Positions 16,644 to 25,917 of a stretch of 64,000 nucleotides of DNA are shown here, one piece after another (within the stretch, counting starts at the first letter, position 1; every line of letters begins with the position of its first letter). Position numbers and translations under genes: made by a program. This DNA comes from Pyrinomonadaceae bacterium. GTDB lineage: Bacteria; Acidobacteriota; Blastocatellia; Pyrinomonadales; Pyrinomonadaceae. The notes beneath the pieces are model-generated. The model searched no databases. It was not told where the DNA came from and saw only the letters and a list, made by a program, of their open reading frames with translations. The stretch spans positions 1,116,913-1,180,912 of the forward strand of contig JBFWWI010000001.1 of the NCBI GenBank assembly GCA_050246275.1, written 5' to 3'.

Positions 16644-17213
16644 TCACCCGCCGATTCGTTTCTTCAACTCGTCTCGGGTGGTGATTATCTGTCTAGCGAG
16701 TTCGTCCGTTTCCGCCCCCGACAGGTCGCCGCAATTGACCACGCCGTTCAGTGTACCACCATCCGCCTCATTGATAACGAATTGGAGTTCGCGACCCGAC
16801 AGGAATCTGGACGCCGGGGTACATTCAACGATTTGATCCAGGAAGTAGATCCAGCTACCTTCATTGTCGAGCGCGGAAAAGTCAGACTCGGAAGCGGCGA
16901 CGTTCCGCTGAGCCGAGTAGAGTTCGCCGGCGATCCCTTTGGTCCCCGACGTTGCCGCCATACCGGTCGAGAGGAACATCAATTGTTCTTCCAGCAGTAC
17001 GAGGCGGCCGGCATATCCGCCCGAATTCAGGAACACGTCGAAATGTACATGCTGAACGTCACCGGCGATCCCTCGACGCTCTGCCTCTGCCTCAAATATC
17101 CGGATGACGGAAGGGCTGTAGTGAGGACGGTTGATACTAAGGGCCGCGATCAGTTGATCGTCAAACATCGCTGCCGCCTTTTCTGCAAATGCTGTGGGGT
17201 CGATCTCACTCAT
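16644..17213 (-). CDS. Hypothetical protein (189 aa)
   Basis: Clean ORF with coding-like composition; no motif recognised. Confidence 0.5.
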   Translation of the reverse strand: MSEIDPTAFAEKAAAMFDDQLIAALSINRPHYSPSVIRIFEAEAERRGIAGDVQHVHFDVFLNSGGYAGRLVLLEEQLMFLSTGMAATSGTKGIAGELYSAQRNVAASESDFSALDNEGSWIYFLDQIVECTPASRFLSGRELQFVINEADGGTLNGVVNCGDLSGAETDELARQIITTRDELKKRIGG

Positions 17214-17249
17214 TTGAACCTCGATCGGATCTCCGGCAAGAGCATTTAA

Positions 17250-17999
17250 TTAGGTTATTGTACCGCCGTCAACCGTGATTACCTCGCCATTCATATAGGA
17301 ATTTCGTTCGCTGACAATAAACGCAGCAAACTCGGCCAGTTCTTCCGGCCTTCCGAGCCGGCGAAGTGAAACCCAGTTCTCATGGGCCTCCAGAAGGCGT
17401 GCGGGTAGTGTATTTCCCAGATCTGTGTCGAATATTCCAGCCGCGATCGCATTCACTGTGATGCCGAAGTTCGCCGCTTCACGGGAGAGACATTTCGTGA
17501 ACCCGATCATCGCCGCCTTTGAAGTTGCGTAGTGCACAGACGTTGGCAGGGCCCTGATGGCACCGATGCTGGTGATATTCAGGATCGTGCCCTTTCTCTG
17601 TCTAATCATCTGCTTGTAGAACGGTTTGGTGACGGCGAAAAGGCTGTTCACGTTAGTATCCACCACCCAATCCCAGGATCGGTCGGTCGTGGTGGCAAAA
17701 TTGTCACCCTTATTGACGGCCGCATTATTGACAAGTATCTCGACCGTGTCCCATTCTTCGTGTATCTCCCGGGCAACTCGCTTCATACCGACGCGGTCAG
17801 TTACTGAAACCTTAAAGGTAAGGCACTTCCGTCCGTAGTCTTCGACCCTTTGCCGTACCTCTTTCGCAAGGTCATCGCTTGAGTGATAGTTAAATGCAAT
17901 GTCTGCGCCCTCACGTGCAAAAACGTCGCAGAGTGCTGCCCCGATACCGCGCGTTCCTCCCGAAATGAACGCATGTTTGCCTTCGAGTAAAAGACTCAA
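17250..17999 (-). CDS. SDR-family oxidoreductase (FabG-like 3-oxoacyl reductase)
   Basis: Cofactor motif SGGTRGIGAA, NNAAV, and catalytic YATSKAA (YxxxK). Confidence 0.85.
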   Translation of the reverse strand: MSLLLEGKHAFISGGTRGIGAALCDVFAREGADIAFNYHSSDDLAKEVRQRVEDYGRKCLTFKVSVTDRVGMKRVAREIHEEWDTVEILVNNAAVNKGDNFATTTDRSWDWVVDTNVNSLFAVTKPFYKQMIRQRKGTILNITSIGAIRALPTSVHYATSKAAMIGFTKCLSREAANFGITVNAIAAGIFDTDLGNTLPARLLEAHENWVSLRRLGRPEELAEFAAFIVSERNSYMNGEVITVDGGTIT

Positions 18000-18308
18000 A
18001 TCCGTATCTCCACCGGCCCCGAATTAAAAGTGTGTTTATGCAAACCTCAAGGTTAATGAAATGATTGCAAACTGACAAGTTAAGGGCACGCCTGACCATC
18101 AGATATCAATGGCACTCGCGTTGCCTTGTTATTGGTGGCCTTACTCCCCGCATCCTCGAAAGGCCGATTAACTGAGGTTTTATGGGCGCGAACAGTAAAA
18201 GCTTCGCTAGTGTGCTGAATTTCGTCATTTTCTTGGTGACACTTTTTGGCAGATTTGAGCGCTTTCTTCGCGTTCTATATTGAGCCTCCACCCCGTCCTG
18301 TCAAGCGT

Positions 18309-18725
18309 ATGCCCAGAACCTACGAGCGAGGATTCACGCTCATCGAATTGCTTTTGGTACTTGTGATCGCAGGGCTTGTCGCTACGGTCGCAGTTCCTTC
18401 ATTCTTGAAGGCTCGCGATGCCGCGGACTCGGCGGTGGCGGTCGGACGCCTTCGTGCGATGCATACCGACCAGTCGATGTACCGGATCCAGAATTCGCGT
18501 TATGCCCGCCTTTCCGAGCTGAATGCATTTGCGAACAATGCCCACGGCAAGACCGTCGGCTCGACGCTGCGACATCGCGATTTCATCTTTTTGATGTTTC
18601 CAAATCCGACGGACCAGAGTTTAAGGCGCAATTACAATATTATCGCGTACCGGGTCCGTGAGGCCAGGGTCATTTCCCAATACGATATGGGAGAAGATGG
18701 GCAGATCGCGACCGTACTCCCGTAA
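18309..18725 (+). CDS. Prepilin-type N-terminal cleavage/methylation domain protein (pilin/pseudopilin-like)
   Basis: MPRTYERGFTLIELLLVLVIAGLVATVAVPSF is a class III signal sequence (G|FTLIE). Confidence 0.7.
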   Translation: MPRTYERGFTLIELLLVLVIAGLVATVAVPSFLKARDAADSAVAVGRLRAMHTDQSMYRIQNSRYARLSELNAFANNAHGKTVGSTLRHRDFIFLMFPNPTDQSLRRNYNIIAYRVREARVISQYDMGEDGQIATVLP

Positions 18726-18747
18726 CACGGCAATCCCCAAATACAAG

Positions 18748-20676
18748 ATGCTACAGGGAAACAACACTCCTGCCAGATCAGATAGCAGTCCGGCTCTTAT
18801 GCCTCGGCTGCGGCACCTTGGTGAAAGGGCCCTTCATTTAAGGATCGTTGAAGAGTTTCTTACCCAACTCGAGCTGCACTTACTAAAATCGACGAACGAA
18901 CACTTCAACCTTGATCCGGTCAAGCAGTGTTTGAGCGAACTCAAGACGTTGAGCGATGATCAAGCGGAGAGCGATCGCCGAAAGCGAGTCGAATTTCAGT
19001 TGGCCCATGAACTAGTGCTCTGGCAAGATCACCTTGCGAAACGCGACGAACAGATCGAGGCCTATCATATCCGGCGGTATTGTGACGGCCTGCGAAAGCC
19101 TCTCGATAGCGAGGTTTATGTCGCCCTCGCACGTTTTTACCGTGAGATCCCGCGCTCACGGCTTAGCCTCAGCAAGTTCGATCTGGCCATCACGCGTGCT
19201 TACAGCGTGCAGCTTACCGACATACGTCGACAGCTTGTCTCACCTAGAAAAGCGATCGCGGAGAGCATATCGGCCCATTATTGTTCATGGGACCGCGTTG
19301 CCGTCACCTCTCAGGGATCTCACCGGGACGAGGTCGTATTCGACGCATTTCTCAACGAATGCAACACTATCGCCGATTTCCATTCGCTCACAGCCTCGCG
19401 TCTCTTCGATCGCATCCGGGAATACAAGTCCGAACTGGGGGACCGATTTTGGGACCCAATCGTCGTGGCTGCCGCTATTGAATGCAACGTTCTGGTCGGC
19501 AACAAGCTGAACTTTCTGATGGCTAAGGCGAGTGAAATGCTGGGCGAGCGACTCGGATCGGAATTTGACTTTGCGGGAGCGTTTCAGGATGCGTCGCCGA
19601 ACGCCGGCAATTACATCTCCGAGGTGATAAGAGCGATGGATAAGAAGGATTCGCTTATTACCTCGGTATCGGAATCGGACGACCTGAAGTTTCTCCGGTC
19701 GCGTTTGGCGCTCACCGATACCGTACGCAATGCGGCCGAAACAACGAACGACGAAGCAGGCGAAGAGCCGGAGGCGGCATTCGCCTTGTCGATCAGCACA
19801 CCCGAATTCCAGTCGATCCTATCGCTTCTTTCTCAGCATAATCCCTCAACCAGGAGCATCGTGAGGTTTATCGATTCTCTGCAGATCGGCCATTCACTGG
19901 ATCTCTCGGATTTTCTATTCGGGGAGGACGACCTGCCCGATCCGTTGGGACGCGAGGCGTTAGCCACCATCCTCTCACTCGAATCTCTGCGATCGGTGGA
20001 GCTCCACGAGCCAAAGGAGCTGCCCTCGATCGTACGAGATCGTGTTATGGCGCTTCTGAGAACGGCCGAAGACCTTGGCAACCGCATCGAACGATCGCTA
20101 TCGGAAGCGAATGTATCAGCCGGTCGGCGGCTGATAGTCGCGAACCGGCTTCTCGAAGCACGTATGCGGACCGAGCGCGCCGTCTACAAATTCACGAGCC
20201 GGGGCCTAGGTATAGCTAAGGAAGAGGAATCCGATGAACCGGCCGTCGAACCGATGCCGTCGACCTTCTCTTATGTCGACTATGCGTCGCTTAGCGCAAA
20301 CAAGTGGCTGGTAGGGGCAACACTCGCCGCCTTAGTACTTTCCGGCTTCCTGTATTTCTCTGCGGGCAGCGGTACAGCCTCGCTCCCGGACGACGTCGAA
20401 AGAATTGAGGCCTCGCGGCTCCCCGGCGGAAGAGTGCTGAGCAATGCGCACCGTCAGGGCAGCACCCTTTATGTGGTCGCGACCGATGCATGGCGTCAAA
20501 AATCCGATTCGGAAAAGACCGAGTCGCTAAAGGACCTGATCGGCATCCCTTCAAAAACGAGACTTGAGACCGTGCTCGTCATGGACGATCAGGGACAACC
20601 GCTCGCCGACATATCCGGCAACGGTATGAACCTCAACACCGTCGCACCTGTGTATTCTGAAGAAGGAAAGAATTAG
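18748..20676 (+). CDS. Large hypothetical protein with one C-terminal TM segment
   Basis: The ATG at 18748 follows the pilin-like gene. The protein is mostly helical/acidic with a TM segment WLVGATLAALVLSGFLYF. No motif recognised. Confidence 0.55.
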   Translation: MLQGNNTPARSDSSPALMPRLRHLGERALHLRIVEEFLTQLELHLLKSTNEHFNLDPVKQCLSELKTLSDDQAESDRRKRVEFQLAHELVLWQDHLAKRDEQIEAYHIRRYCDGLRKPLDSEVYVALARFYREIPRSRLSLSKFDLAITRAYSVQLTDIRRQLVSPRKAIAESISAHYCSWDRVAVTSQGSHRDEVVFDAFLNECNTIADFHSLTASRLFDRIREYKSELGDRFWDPIVVAAAIECNVLVGNKLNFLMAKASEMLGERLGSEFDFAGAFQDASPNAGNYISEVIRAMDKKDSLITSVSESDDLKFLRSRLALTDTVRNAAETTNDEAGEEPEAAFALSISTPEFQSILSLLSQHNPSTRSIVRFIDSLQIGHSLDLSDFLFGEDDLPDPLGREALATILSLESLRSVELHEPKELPSIVRDRVMALLRTAEDLGNRIERSLSEANVSAGRRLIVANRLLEARMRTERAVYKFTSRGLGIAKEEESDEPAVEPMPSTFSYVDYASLSANKWLVGATLAALVLSGFLYFSAGSGTASLPDDVERIEASRLPGGRVLSNAHRQGSTLYVVATDAWRQKSDSEKTESLKDLIGIPSKTRLETVLVMDDQGQPLADISGNGMNLNTVAPVYSEEGKN

Positions 20677-21887
20677 GCCGCTGCGGAGGTGGCACTTTCA
20701 GGAGGCAGAAGGGTGAGGATCTCTTTTACGATCGACTCCGTTGAGTTAGGTAAAGAGAGGCCTGACGTCGCATTCCTCATTTCGGAATAACGGCCGGGAT
20801 CAGTCGAGAGCAGTCGAACCACCGATACAATATCAGAGGGCTTTTCAAGCAGGATCCCGGCGCCTTTTTGAGACAGCATCCGAGAGGTGCCCGCCTCTTG
20901 CGGCATTGGCGGCGTCGTTACATCCGCAATGATCGGCAGCCGGCAGGCCAAGGCTTCGAACGTCGTCAATCCGCCCAGCTTCGATATCATGACGTTTGCC
21001 GATTGCATAAGCTTCTCGATCTCGTCCGAATACCCGATCACCTTGACGGGAAACTTGGCGTGCTTGGCCATTTCCTCAGCCTCAAGTCTCAGATCATCGT
21101 TCCGGCCGGCAAGAAATATAGCCTGAACATCAAGCTCACCGCGGACCAGTTCCTTGAAGATCGCCGGAATATTACCGCCGCCGATCCAACCCGCATTCAC
21201 GAACACGGTGAACTTCTCGGCATCGAGCCCAAATGCCGTTCGCGCGAGTTTCGCCTCGGCCTCGGTGACCTCTTGAAACTTGGGATGCACCGGCATACCG
21301 GAGATCTTGATCTTGGTCGCCGAGACGCCATAATCGACGAGCTGCCGCTTCGCATCCTCGTTTGCCACCAAATAGAGCGAGACATCGTCGCAGGCCCAGC
21401 CCTTCCAAAATCCGTAGCATGGATCGGTAACGACCGTTACGAGCGGGATCTGATCGGACAGGTTAAGTTCGCGTAATATGCGCCCGAAGATGTGCTGCGT
21501 CAGCGGGTGAACACTAACCACCACGTGCGGACACCATTTCTCGAACGATGCTTTAAGCGGCACGATGCAGCGTTTAATAAAGAACTCCCGCGTTTCCGGC
21601 CTAAAGCGGTTGACCGCCCAGTACAAGTACTTCATCCACCCCTGCTTGTTCCTCAGGAGCCAGTTGTAGACTCTCACCAGTTTATCGGTCAAATGATGCG
21701 ATTCCTCGATCGCCTTGATCGTGCGCACCGCCATCGATTCGCCATGCCAAAACCGCTCGAGGCCGTCGGCAAGCGTTTTCGCCGCCGACTTGTGCCCGCC
21801 GCCCGTATCCGACGAGATAATTAGTATTTTTGGTGAACCTGACAGCATCAGCGCACTTCCATCGACGTCGGTCGGATCGGCAGGCAA
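20673..21887 (-). CDS. MGDG-synthase-like glycosyltransferase (GT28; diacylglycerol glycosyltransferase family)
   Basis: The N-terminal ILIISSDTGGGHKSAAKTL signature and the C-terminal GT-B half (KLGGLTTFEALACRLPII) are both present. Confidence 0.8.
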   Translation of the reverse strand: MPADPTDVDGSALMLSGSPKILIISSDTGGGHKSAAKTLADGLERFWHGESMAVRTIKAIEESHHLTDKLVRVYNWLLRNKQGWMKYLYWAVNRFRPETREFFIKRCIVPLKASFEKWCPHVVVSVHPLTQHIFGRILRELNLSDQIPLVTVVTDPCYGFWKGWACDDVSLYLVANEDAKRQLVDYGVSATKIKISGMPVHPKFQEVTEAEAKLARTAFGLDAEKFTVFVNAGWIGGGNIPAIFKELVRGELDVQAIFLAGRNDDLRLEAEEMAKHAKFPVKVIGYSDEIEKLMQSANVMISKLGGLTTFEALACRLPIIADVTTPPMPQEAGTSRMLSQKGAGILLEKPSDIVSVVRLLSTDPGRYSEMRNATSGLSLPNSTESIVKEILTLLPPESATSAAA

Positions 21888-21910
21888 AAGAGAGATTTGA
21901 ACTTGCGGTT

Positions 21911-23080
21911 TCAGGCTTTTAAGGCGACCTCTTTCGCCGCCGCAAAAACGCCATTCTTCGCTGCTTTCTTCATCTGGCCCTCTAGTTTCTTGATCTTAAC
22001 CAGGTGACCCGCGTTGAACGGTAGCGACGGATAATAGCAATTTGATTCGTGCGTGCAGTAGCAACCGTTACCGGCTTCCTTGCGGCGGGTTTTCATCGCG
22101 TCCGTTTTCCACGCGGCCTGAAAATTCCAATCGTAATCGCGAAGGCTCAATACGTCCGGCTTATTCTCACACGACGACAGCACGCCGTTATCGTAAATGA
22201 CCGCTCCCGCACTGCCTGCATAACATTTTAGCTGGGCCTTATTCTCTTCCTTGGTCTTGGCTATAAGGTCATGCATATAGATGTCGACCGCTGCCTTGAA
22301 GAAACCTGATCGGCCTCCGTAGTTATTTTTCAATGCGGCGTTCTTGGTGTCCTCGAGGATCATATTCGAGAGCTGGCCGTACCGTTTATGATCAAACTCG
22401 AGCTCAGTCGGATCGGCCGAAGGCGGACGGATATAATTGATGTTCACCTTGTCCGGCTTTAAGTCGTACTTAAGGAAATCGTACCAATCAAAGATCGTCT
22501 CCTCGTTCGACCTCATGACGCAGGTACATGTCTGGATATCGAGCTGCGGATACTGTTCCCGCTTCATCTGCTGCAGCGTGCGGGCAGTGTGTATCGCCTT
22601 ATCCCAGCTTCCCTCTTTTCGGCGGATCTTTTCGTGCGCATCCTTCATTCCGTCGATCCCAAGGGCCACCGTTACATTCAATTTCGGACACTCATCGAGG
22701 ATCCTTGTCACATCGGGAAATATCCGCGGATGGATCTGCCCGTTTGACATGAGGTAAACAGAATCGAGTTTGTTGTTCTCGTAGAATGCTCTTACGATCT
22801 CGGGTAGGTCCTTTCTCGTGAACGGTTCACCGCCGGCGAGAACCAGAACGCCGAGGTTGCCGCCGAGAGTTTCGGAGATCTTTGCGATCTCGTCGGTCTT
22901 CATCTGCAGTTTCTTTCGCGGGCGGTCATCCAGTTCCTCGGTAAAGAAACAGTGCGTGCAGCGCATGTCGCAAACGCTCGTGACCAAAATATTCAAGAAT
23001 ACCGGCGAGATTGGCCGGCCGACGACGATACTCGCATACCGCTTAAATATCTCTTTTGTAGTAAAGTCCAAAAAGTCCAT
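21911..23080 (-). CDS. Radical SAM protein with a Cys-rich C-terminal (SPASM/twitch-like) region
   Basis: CDMRCTHCF (CxxxCxxC), the GGEP motif LAGGEPF, and C-terminal cysteines CYAGSAG...SSCE...GCYCTHESNCY. Confidence 0.85.
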   Translation of the reverse strand: MDFLDFTTKEIFKRYASIVVGRPISPVFLNILVTSVCDMRCTHCFFTEELDDRPRKKLQMKTDEIAKISETLGGNLGVLVLAGGEPFTRKDLPEIVRAFYENNKLDSVYLMSNGQIHPRIFPDVTRILDECPKLNVTVALGIDGMKDAHEKIRRKEGSWDKAIHTARTLQQMKREQYPQLDIQTCTCVMRSNEETIFDWYDFLKYDLKPDKVNINYIRPPSADPTELEFDHKRYGQLSNMILEDTKNAALKNNYGGRSGFFKAAVDIYMHDLIAKTKEENKAQLKCYAGSAGAVIYDNGVLSSCENKPDVLSLRDYDWNFQAAWKTDAMKTRRKEAGNGCYCTHESNCYYPSLPFNAGHLVKIKKLEGQMKKAAKNGVFAAAKEVALKA

Positions 23081-23325
23081 TATTTTCCTGCCTTATCGCC
23101 AAGCGCAAAACACACTTCGGCAATAATAATTTACTTCATTTTGATGGGAATGAGAAACGATTGGATGGCTGTAATCGTTGGCACTGAGGCAAAGGAAAAT
23201 TCAACTATTGTAACTTTATTCGATATCCCGTATGATGCTCCGCGATACAGTTCTCTTAGGTCGCTCGATCAATTCGCTTTCATTTCTTGTACATGTCTCA
23301 ATTTAACTTGCTAGGAGGACCCAAA

Positions 23326-24210
23326 GTGAACCGAAAACCCCTGTTTCTACTGGGACTATTTGCGGCTGTATTCGTGCTTGCCGGTACCGCGGCGGCCCAG
23401 ATTCGCGATCTCCGCAGCCCTATCGGCCAGCGGATCACACGATTTTGTCCGATCAATCCGACGGCCGAAGAGGTCACCCGAATGGAGGCCGACTTTAACT
23501 TTAAACGATACGCTCTCGGATCGTTTACCAAGGCCGCCACTGGCGGAGTAATAAATGTCTATGTTCATGTCATCTGGACGTCGAGCGGCACGGGCGGCCC
23601 GACGGTGGGACAAATGAGCAGCCAGATAAACGTGCTGAATGCTGCCTATGCCGCAACCGGCTGGTCGTTTAACGTCGTGTCGACCGATTACACTAACAAC
23701 AGCACTTGGTATACAGCGGGCTACGGCACCTCCGCCGAGGCCGAGATGAAGAATGCTCTTCGCCAGGGCACGGCAGACGACCTTAATATCTATTACAACA
23801 ACATGGGTGGAGGCTTGCTCGGCTGGGCGACGTTCCCCTCGAGTTACGCTAGCCAGCCGAGCAACGATGGTGTTGTGATCCTTTACTCATCGCTTCCGGG
23901 TGGATCGGCTGCCCCATACAATCTGGGTGACACCGCGACGCATGAGGTCGGCCATTGGATGGGCCTCTATCACACGTTCCAGGGTGGATGTTCCAGGACA
24001 GGCGATTCCGTCAGTGATACTCCTGCCGAACGGTCCGCGGCTTACGGCTGCCCGGTAGGACGCGACTCGTGCGCGGGCAGAAAGTATCCGGGAGCCGATC
24101 CGATCACCAACTTTATGGACTACACGGACGACGCATGCATGGACCGTTTTTCCGGCGGCCAGGACACACGCATGGATGCCCAATGGACGTCTTACCGTCA
24201 AGGTAAATAG
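23326..24210 (+). CDS. Secreted M43 (pappalysin/cytophagalysin-like) zinc metalloprotease
   Basis: AGGAGG then GTG at 23326; signal peptide; [13 protein letters not shown] (HExxHxxGxxH); [10 protein letters not shown]. Confidence 0.8.
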   Translation: MNRKPLFLLGLFAAVFVLAGTAAAQIRDLRSPIGQRITRFCPINPTAEEVTRMEADFNFKRYALGSFTKAATGGVINVYVHVIWTSSGTGGPTVGQMSSQINVLNAAYAATGWSFNVVSTDYTNNSTWYTAGYGTSAEAEMKNALRQGTADDLNIYYNNMGGGLLGWATFPSSYASQPSNDGVVILYSSLPGGSAAPYNLGDTATHEVGHWMGLYHTFQGGCSRTGDSVSDTPAERSAAYGCPVGRDSCAGRKYPGADPITNFMDYTDDACMDRFSGGQDTRMDAQWTSYRQGK

Positions 24211-24287
24211 ACTTTTCCCCGCTAGAAGTCGAAAGGCAGGAGGTTCGCCTTCTGTCTTTTTCTATTTTGGGTAAGTACAATATTGAT

Positions 24288-25718
24288 ATGTTTCGCCGCA
24301 TCTATATGGACCACAGCGCGACCACGCCGGTCGACCCGCGAGTGGTCGAGGCGATGATGCCTTACCTGACCGAAGCATTCGGCAACGCGTCGAGCATCCA
24401 TTACTTCGGCCAACAAGCCAGGGCTGCGGTCGATAAGGCCCGGCATCAGGTAGCACATCTGATCGGGGCTCGTCCGAACGAGATCGTCTTCACATCGGGC
24501 GGGACGGAATCGAATAACCTCGCGATCAAGGGGGTTCTCGATAGGTGGAACGCGGACATCCTTGTCCGCATGAGCGCCGCTTCGACGCGAACGAGCGCGG
24601 AGCATCCTCACGCCCAAATAGACAATGCGAGTTTCTCCGGAGGAATCGGCGTTGGGGGACGGAGCGGGGACACTCCTGTCCCCATGAGCGTCGCCTCGAC
24701 GCGAACGAGCGCGGAGCATCCTCACGCCCTGACCGGCAACGCGAGTTTCGCCGGAGGAACCGGCGATGGGGACAAGAGTGTCCCCGCTCCGCACATCATC
24801 ACATCCTCGATCGAGCACTCGGCGGTCAAGAACGTCTGCGAAGACCTTGAAAAGCAGGGCTATCGAGTGACGTATCTGCCCGTTTACGAGGACGGTATCG
24901 TCCGCATCGAAGACGTGAAGGCGGCGATAACGGACGACACTCTGCTTATCTCGATAATGGCTGCGAATAACGAGATAGGCACAATTCAGCCGATCGAAGA
25001 AGTCGGAAAGTTTGTAAGAGAACTGCGGGCCGGCGGACAGAAGATCTGGTTTCACACCGACGCGGTACAGGCCGCGGGAAAGGTCCCGATCAACGTCGAA
25101 GAGATCGGCTGCGACCTGCTCTCGATCTCGGCCCACAAGCTGTACGCACCTAAGGGCGTCGGAGCATTGTACGTCCGACGCGGCGTCCGCCTTCATCCGC
25201 AGAATATCGGCGGGCATCAGGAACGCGAACGTCGCGGAGGGACCGAATCCGTCCCGAATATCGCCGCTTTCGGCAAAGCCTGCGAGCTGGCCGAGGAGGA
25301 AATTGCATCGGAATCGACAACGCTTAAAGATCTGCGGGACAAGCTCGAAACCCGCGTCGGCGAGATGATCCCGGACGTCGTCTTCAATGGCGACCGCGAC
25401 CGCCGCCTGCCGAACATCTCGAACATCTCATTTCGCTCCGTCGAGGGCGAGGGCCTGCTCATCAACCTGGATATGCAGGGCATAGCCGTCTCGACCGGCT
25501 CGGCCTGCTCCTCCGGCACGCTCGAACCGTCCCCCGTCATCCGAGCCCTCGGACCGCAGACGCCATCGTCCGCCGGTGGTGATGACGAAGACCGTGCCCG
25601 CGGAGCCATCCGCTTTTCCCTCGGCCGCACCAACACGGCCGCCGACGTCGACCGCCTCCTCGAAGTCCTCCCAACCTCCGTCGAGAACCTCCGCCGCCTA
25701 ACTGCCTCAGCCCGCTAA
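24288..25718 (+). CDS. Cysteine desulfurase (NifS/IscS class) carrying an ~76-aa in-frame insertion
   Basis: IYMDHSATTP, GGTESNN, HIITSSIEHSAV, PLP-lysine SISAHKLYAPKG and active-site GSACSSG are all present. The segment between IKGVLDRW and HIITSS is far longer than the short link I recall for E. coli IscS. Confidence 0.85.
   Translation: MFRRIYMDHSATTPVDPRVVEAMMPYLTEAFGNASSIHYFGQQARAAVDKARHQVAHLIGARPNEIVFTSGGTESNNLAIKGVLDRWNADILVRMSAASTRTSAEHPHAQIDNASFSGGIGVGGRSGDTPVPMSVASTRTSAEHPHALTGNASFAGGTGDGDKSVPAPHIITSSIEHSAVKNVCEDLEKQGYRVTYLPVYEDGIVRIEDVKAAITDDTLLISIMAANNEIGTIQPIEEVGKFVRELRAGGQKIWFHTDAVQAAGKVPINVEEIGCDLLSISAHKLYAPKGVGALYVRRGVRLHPQNIGGHQERERRGGTESVPNIAAFGKACELAEEEIASESTTLKDLRDKLETRVGEMIPDVVFNGDRDRRLPNISNISFRSVEGEGLLINLDMQGIAVSTGSACSSGTLEPSPVIRALGPQTPSSAGGDDEDRARGAIRFSLGRTNTAADVDRLLEVLPTSVENLRRLTASAR
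24554..24785. repeat. Two tandem 114-bp units bounded by three short hairpins, inside the cysteine desulfurase CDS
   Basis: catgagcg recurs at 24569 and 24683 (period 114 = 38 codons). Hairpins: GGACAtcctTGTCC (24554), GGGGACActccTGTCCCC (~24667) and GGGGACAagagTGTCCCC (~24768). Confidence 0.85.
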
Positions 25719-25917
25719 GGAGAAAACGTAGGAGTCGTGATAATCCGAAATCCCACATCCGAAGTCGCCCTGTGCCACCGCCGCGCGCACCGCATTTTTA
25801 TTCAAATAACTGGCCCGGCCGACGATCGACCGGGTTCAAGGATTGTCCTAGTTAAACACGACGCCGTGTCAATATTTTCAATCGGCTCTGAATTAGGAAT
25901 TCGCGGGCTGCGGGCCG

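Noticed and set aside
24554-24785. The hairpin-unit-hairpin-unit-hairpin layout superficially resembles a tiny CRISPR array.
   Set aside because: The 'spacers' are near-identical to each other and the 'repeats' are only 14-18 bp. The structure is in frame inside a conserved CDS, and no cas genes are present in the window.
24222-25217. A 331-aa minus-strand ORF opposite the cysteine desulfurase gene.
   Set aside because: The plus strand encodes all the NifS/IscS hallmarks. The antisense product is low-complexity (Arg/Asp/Ser-rich) and only stays open because of GC-rich codon structure.
25825-25860. The GGTTCAAGG string and nearby hairpins looked briefly like a tRNA T-arm.
   Set aside because: There is no acceptor, D or anticodon stem arrangement around it, and the T-loop consensus (GTTCGAAT/GTTCAAAT) is not met.
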